From Mobula hypostoma (Eukaryota), in the NCBI RefSeq assembly GCF_963921235.1, contig NC_086097.1:114454001-114518000 (forward strand): a stretch of DNA of 64,000 bases, given 5' to 3'. The notes under the pieces are model-generated. The model did not search any database. It was given only the letters and a program-made list of their open reading frames with translations, and was not told where the DNA came from. The translations under genes and the position numbers were made by a program. This document shows, piece after piece, positions 61,005 to 64,000 of the stretch; the first letter of the stretch is position 1; every line of letters begins with the position of its first letter.

Positions 61005-61419
61005 ACATAATGGATGTAATTTTGCCATGTTCCCTGTTTTTCTTTCTGAACTGCCTTCCAATTCTACTGCATTCTTTAAAATTCTCAAGATTTTGTTCTT
61101 AATTACTAATATTTACCCCCTTCCATTCAAGTATAAGTGTTATATAAGTATACTGTGTAGTTCTACAAAGTTCCATATACTGTAGTATTCCATAAAGAGT
61201 CCAGCGTTTCTGAAAGTTGATCTGTTTTAATTTTGTTATTTATTGAAACCATATATCTTGGTCAGGTTTCTACATACCTTACTGAGATTTGCTTTCTATT
61301 TTGCACTTCATTACCCTTTCCAAATTTTGCATCACTGAACCCTACAGTTGTGATTTTCCAGTTGGTCTCCTACTACCATGCAACACAGCACAGAAGCACG
61401 GTGGTCCGCACAGTCACTT

Positions 61420-62335
61420 TACAGCACAAGTTGGGAGTGTTGTGGATAGTGTGGAGGGCTGTCAGAGGTTATTGCGGGACATCGGTAGGATGCAGAACTG
61501 GGCTGAGAAGTGGCAGATGGAGTTCAACCCAGATAAGTGTGAACTGGTTCATTTCAATAGGTCAAATTTGAAGACAGAATATAATATAAATGTTAAGACT
61601 CTTGACAGTGTTGAAGATCAGTGAGATCTTAGGGTCTGTGTCCATTGGACACTCAAAGCTGCTGCACACGTTGACAGAGTTGCTCAGAAGGCGTATGGTA
61701 TGATGGCCTTCATCAACAGTGGGATTGAGTTCAAGAGCCGTGAGGTAATGTTACAGCTATATAAGACCTTAGTTAGACCTCACTTGGAGTACTGTGTTCA
61801 TTTCTGGTCACCTTACTACAGGAAGGATGTGGATACTACAGAGAGAGTGCAGAGGAGATTTACAAGGATGTTGTCTGGATTGGAGAGCATGCCTCATGAG
61901 AATAGGTTGAGTATACTTGACCTTTTCTCCTTGGAGTGGAGGAGGATGAGGGGTGACCTGACAGAGGTATATAAGATGATGAGGGGCATTGATCATGTGG
62001 ATAGCCAGATGCTTTTTCCCAGGGCTGAAATGGCTAACATGAGGGGGCATCGTTTTAAGATGCTAGGAAATAGGTACCGAGGGGATGTTAAAGGTAAGTT
62101 TTTCTATACAGAGAATGGTGGGTGTGTGGAATGCACTGCTGGTGGTAGAAGCGGACACAATAGGGTCTTTTAAGAAACTCTTAGATAGGTACATGGAGCT
62201 TAGAAAAATAGAGGGCTATGCAGTAGGGAAGTTCTAGGCAGTTTCTGGAGTACGTTACATATTCGGCACGACATTGTGGGCTGAAGGGACTGTAATGTGC
62301 TGTAGATTTCCGTGTTCTATGTTTGATGTTCTATG
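61420..62335 (+). mobile_element. CR1 RT C-terminus and 3' end
   Basis: NWAEKWQMEFNPDKCE; LYKTLVRPHLEYCVHFWSP; CR1 tail. Confidence 0.9.
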
Positions 62336-62344
62336 ATCATTGAT

Positions 62345-62570
62345 TGGGTTGTATGTTCTTCCTGTGACCATGTGTATTTCCTCCATATGCTCCAGTTCTT
62401 CCCCACCCACCCCCCCACATTCCAAAGAGATATGATGGATTTTCGGCATGGTGACAATTTCAGGCTGCCTCCAGCACAACTCACAGAATGTGTTGGTTGC
62501 TGACGCAAAATGATGTATTTCCCTGTATGTTTTGATGTACATGTGGCAAATAAAGCTAATCTCTTGTTAC
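62345..62570 (+). mobile_element. SINE fragment with a V-domain-like core and a non-CR1 tail
   Basis: gtatgttcttcctgtgaccatgtgtatttcctcc.. then ..gtacatgtggcaaataaagctaatct. Confidence 0.5.
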
Positions 62571-62589
62571 CTTTATTTTTAAACGGAAG

Positions 62590-63170
62590 AGATTCTGCAG
62601 AAATGCAGAGTAACTCATACAAAATGCTGGAGGAACTCAGCAGGTCAGGCGGTATCATAGAAACATAGAAACATAGAAAATAGGTGCAGGAATAGGCCAT
62701 TCGGCCCTTCGAGCCTGCACTGCCATTCAGTATGATCATGGCTGATCATCCAACTCAGAACCCCAATGAACTGGCCTCAACTGTTTCCTGTGGCAGAGAA
62801 TTCCACAGAGTCACCACTCTGTGTGAAGAAGTTTTTCCTAATCTCGGTCCTAAAAGGCTTCCCCTTTATCGTCAAACTGTGACCCCTCGTTCTGGACTTC
62901 CCCAACATCGGGAACAATCTTCCTGCATCCAGCCTGTCCAATCCCTTTAGGATTTTATACGTTTCAATATGATCCCCCCTCAATCTTCTAAATTCCGAAG
63001 AGTATAAGCCTAGTTCATCCAGTCTTTCTTCATATGAAAGTCCTGCCATCCCAGGAATCAATCTGGTGAACCTTCTTTGTACTCCCTCTATGGCACTTGT
63101 TCCACTTGTTCTTTTCTATGGATGCTGCCTGACTCGCTGAGTTCCTCAAGCACTTTGTGTGTTACTCTGA
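62590..63170. mobile_element. Inverted pair of Penelope 3' repeats split by a young CR1 3' fragment (62657-63093, minus strand)
   Basis: aatgctggaggaactcagcaggtcaggc is mirrored by gcctgactcgctgagttcctcaagcact; the CR1 piece matches the 39183-39682 family. Confidence 0.75.
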
Positions 63171-63549
63171 TCGTTACTTTCACATCAGTTATTTGCCGAC
63201 GTCATAAAATAAATGCAAATCAAGCATTGCTTTCCTTGCTGAACAAGAAACATTCTGTCCTAACATGAGATGCATACTTTGACTAAATGAAATAATTTTA
63301 TCCAGATCAAACCTGAAATGATTAAAAAAACCATTTGTTTAAAAATACACCTTGTATATACAGTCCAGAATTCTAGCACACACGCAACACTCCATAGCTA
63401 TTAAACGTAAACAGGAATAAACTCATGGCACATCAATATCTTAATAATGATAAGCGATAAACATACTACTTCCTCAAAATATATCTACTAAATGTTTACC
63501 AATATTAATAAAACTGAAGACTCACAGATATTGCTTTTAAAGAGAGGAT

Positions 63550-63949
63550 TGTCAACGGGTTCGGACATGGCCTATGCGGAGTGAGAGACGCTGAAGTAGT
63601 TGGATAGTTCACAAACTCTTATGCAAACAATGTTAAAGGGAAACAGAAAACAATAAACACTAGGCCACACAGGGCCGTTGACTAAAACACTCAAATGGAA
63701 AACGAAGCCTACACTGCAGCTGAAAAGAGAAATTAAGAATAAAACAAATACCACTCGTGTCCAGAATCAGTTGACTCGACAGTCCAATTTCTCAGGCAAG
63801 GCGGAATGCAGATAACGAAGCGGAGCTATGTCTGAGTCTTGACAAATACTAGGGCGGAATGAATGGAGTTAAATACTATCACGATGAAATGATAATTAGC
63901 TGACACTTGCATATTCACAAGTGCAGTTGCCGAATCCGTGGTTGTGACA
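63550..63949 (-). mobile_element. Solo LTR, ~400-bp family, copy 3
   Basis: TGTCA...TGACA termini; exact TSD AGGAT (63545-63549, 63950-63954). Confidence 0.92.
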
Positions 63950-64000
63950 AGGATGAGAGAGACTTCTTTCCACTGTGTGCTTCAAACTGAAACCCAAATT

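Noticed and set aside
198..63754. Most 60-150 aa ORFs in the supplied track
   Set aside because: They are fragments, alternative frames or antisense shadows of the annotated transposons.

Overview
Eukaryotic, almost entirely transposon-derived DNA with no host protein-coding gene I can support. The repeat mix (many CR1 LINEs, V-SINE/HE1-like SINEs, Rex1/Babar LINEs, Penelope fragments) points to a cartilaginous fish, probably a ray; this is inference. Best-preserved elements: a full-length L1-type LINE (32244-38045; intact ORF1, ORF2 with two premature stops, 13-bp TSD, polyA); a complete 1601-bp Tc1 DD34E transposon (15225-16825; 214-bp TIRs, TA TSD); and a young 5'-truncated CR1 (26077-28804) inside a Gypsy integrase. 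Also present: two PNMA-gag Gypsy elements with perfect tRNA-Pro primer-binding sites joined tail-to-tail; a decayed sushi/chromovirus Gypsy that keeps a PEG10-type GGGAAAC -1 frameshift site; four solo LTRs with 5-bp TSDs; RTE, R4/Dong and Mag-like Gypsy remnants; and many Rex1/Babar, CR1 and Tc1-MITE fragments in nested layers. The most notable non-coding signal is a minimal type I hammerhead ribozyme with an intact core in a Penelope 3' repeat (41340-41375, minus strand), plus several decayed sister copies. Most short ORFs in the supplied track are fragments or antisense shadows of these elements. Boundaries of decayed elements are approximate. Family names come from motif recognition by eye, not from database searches.
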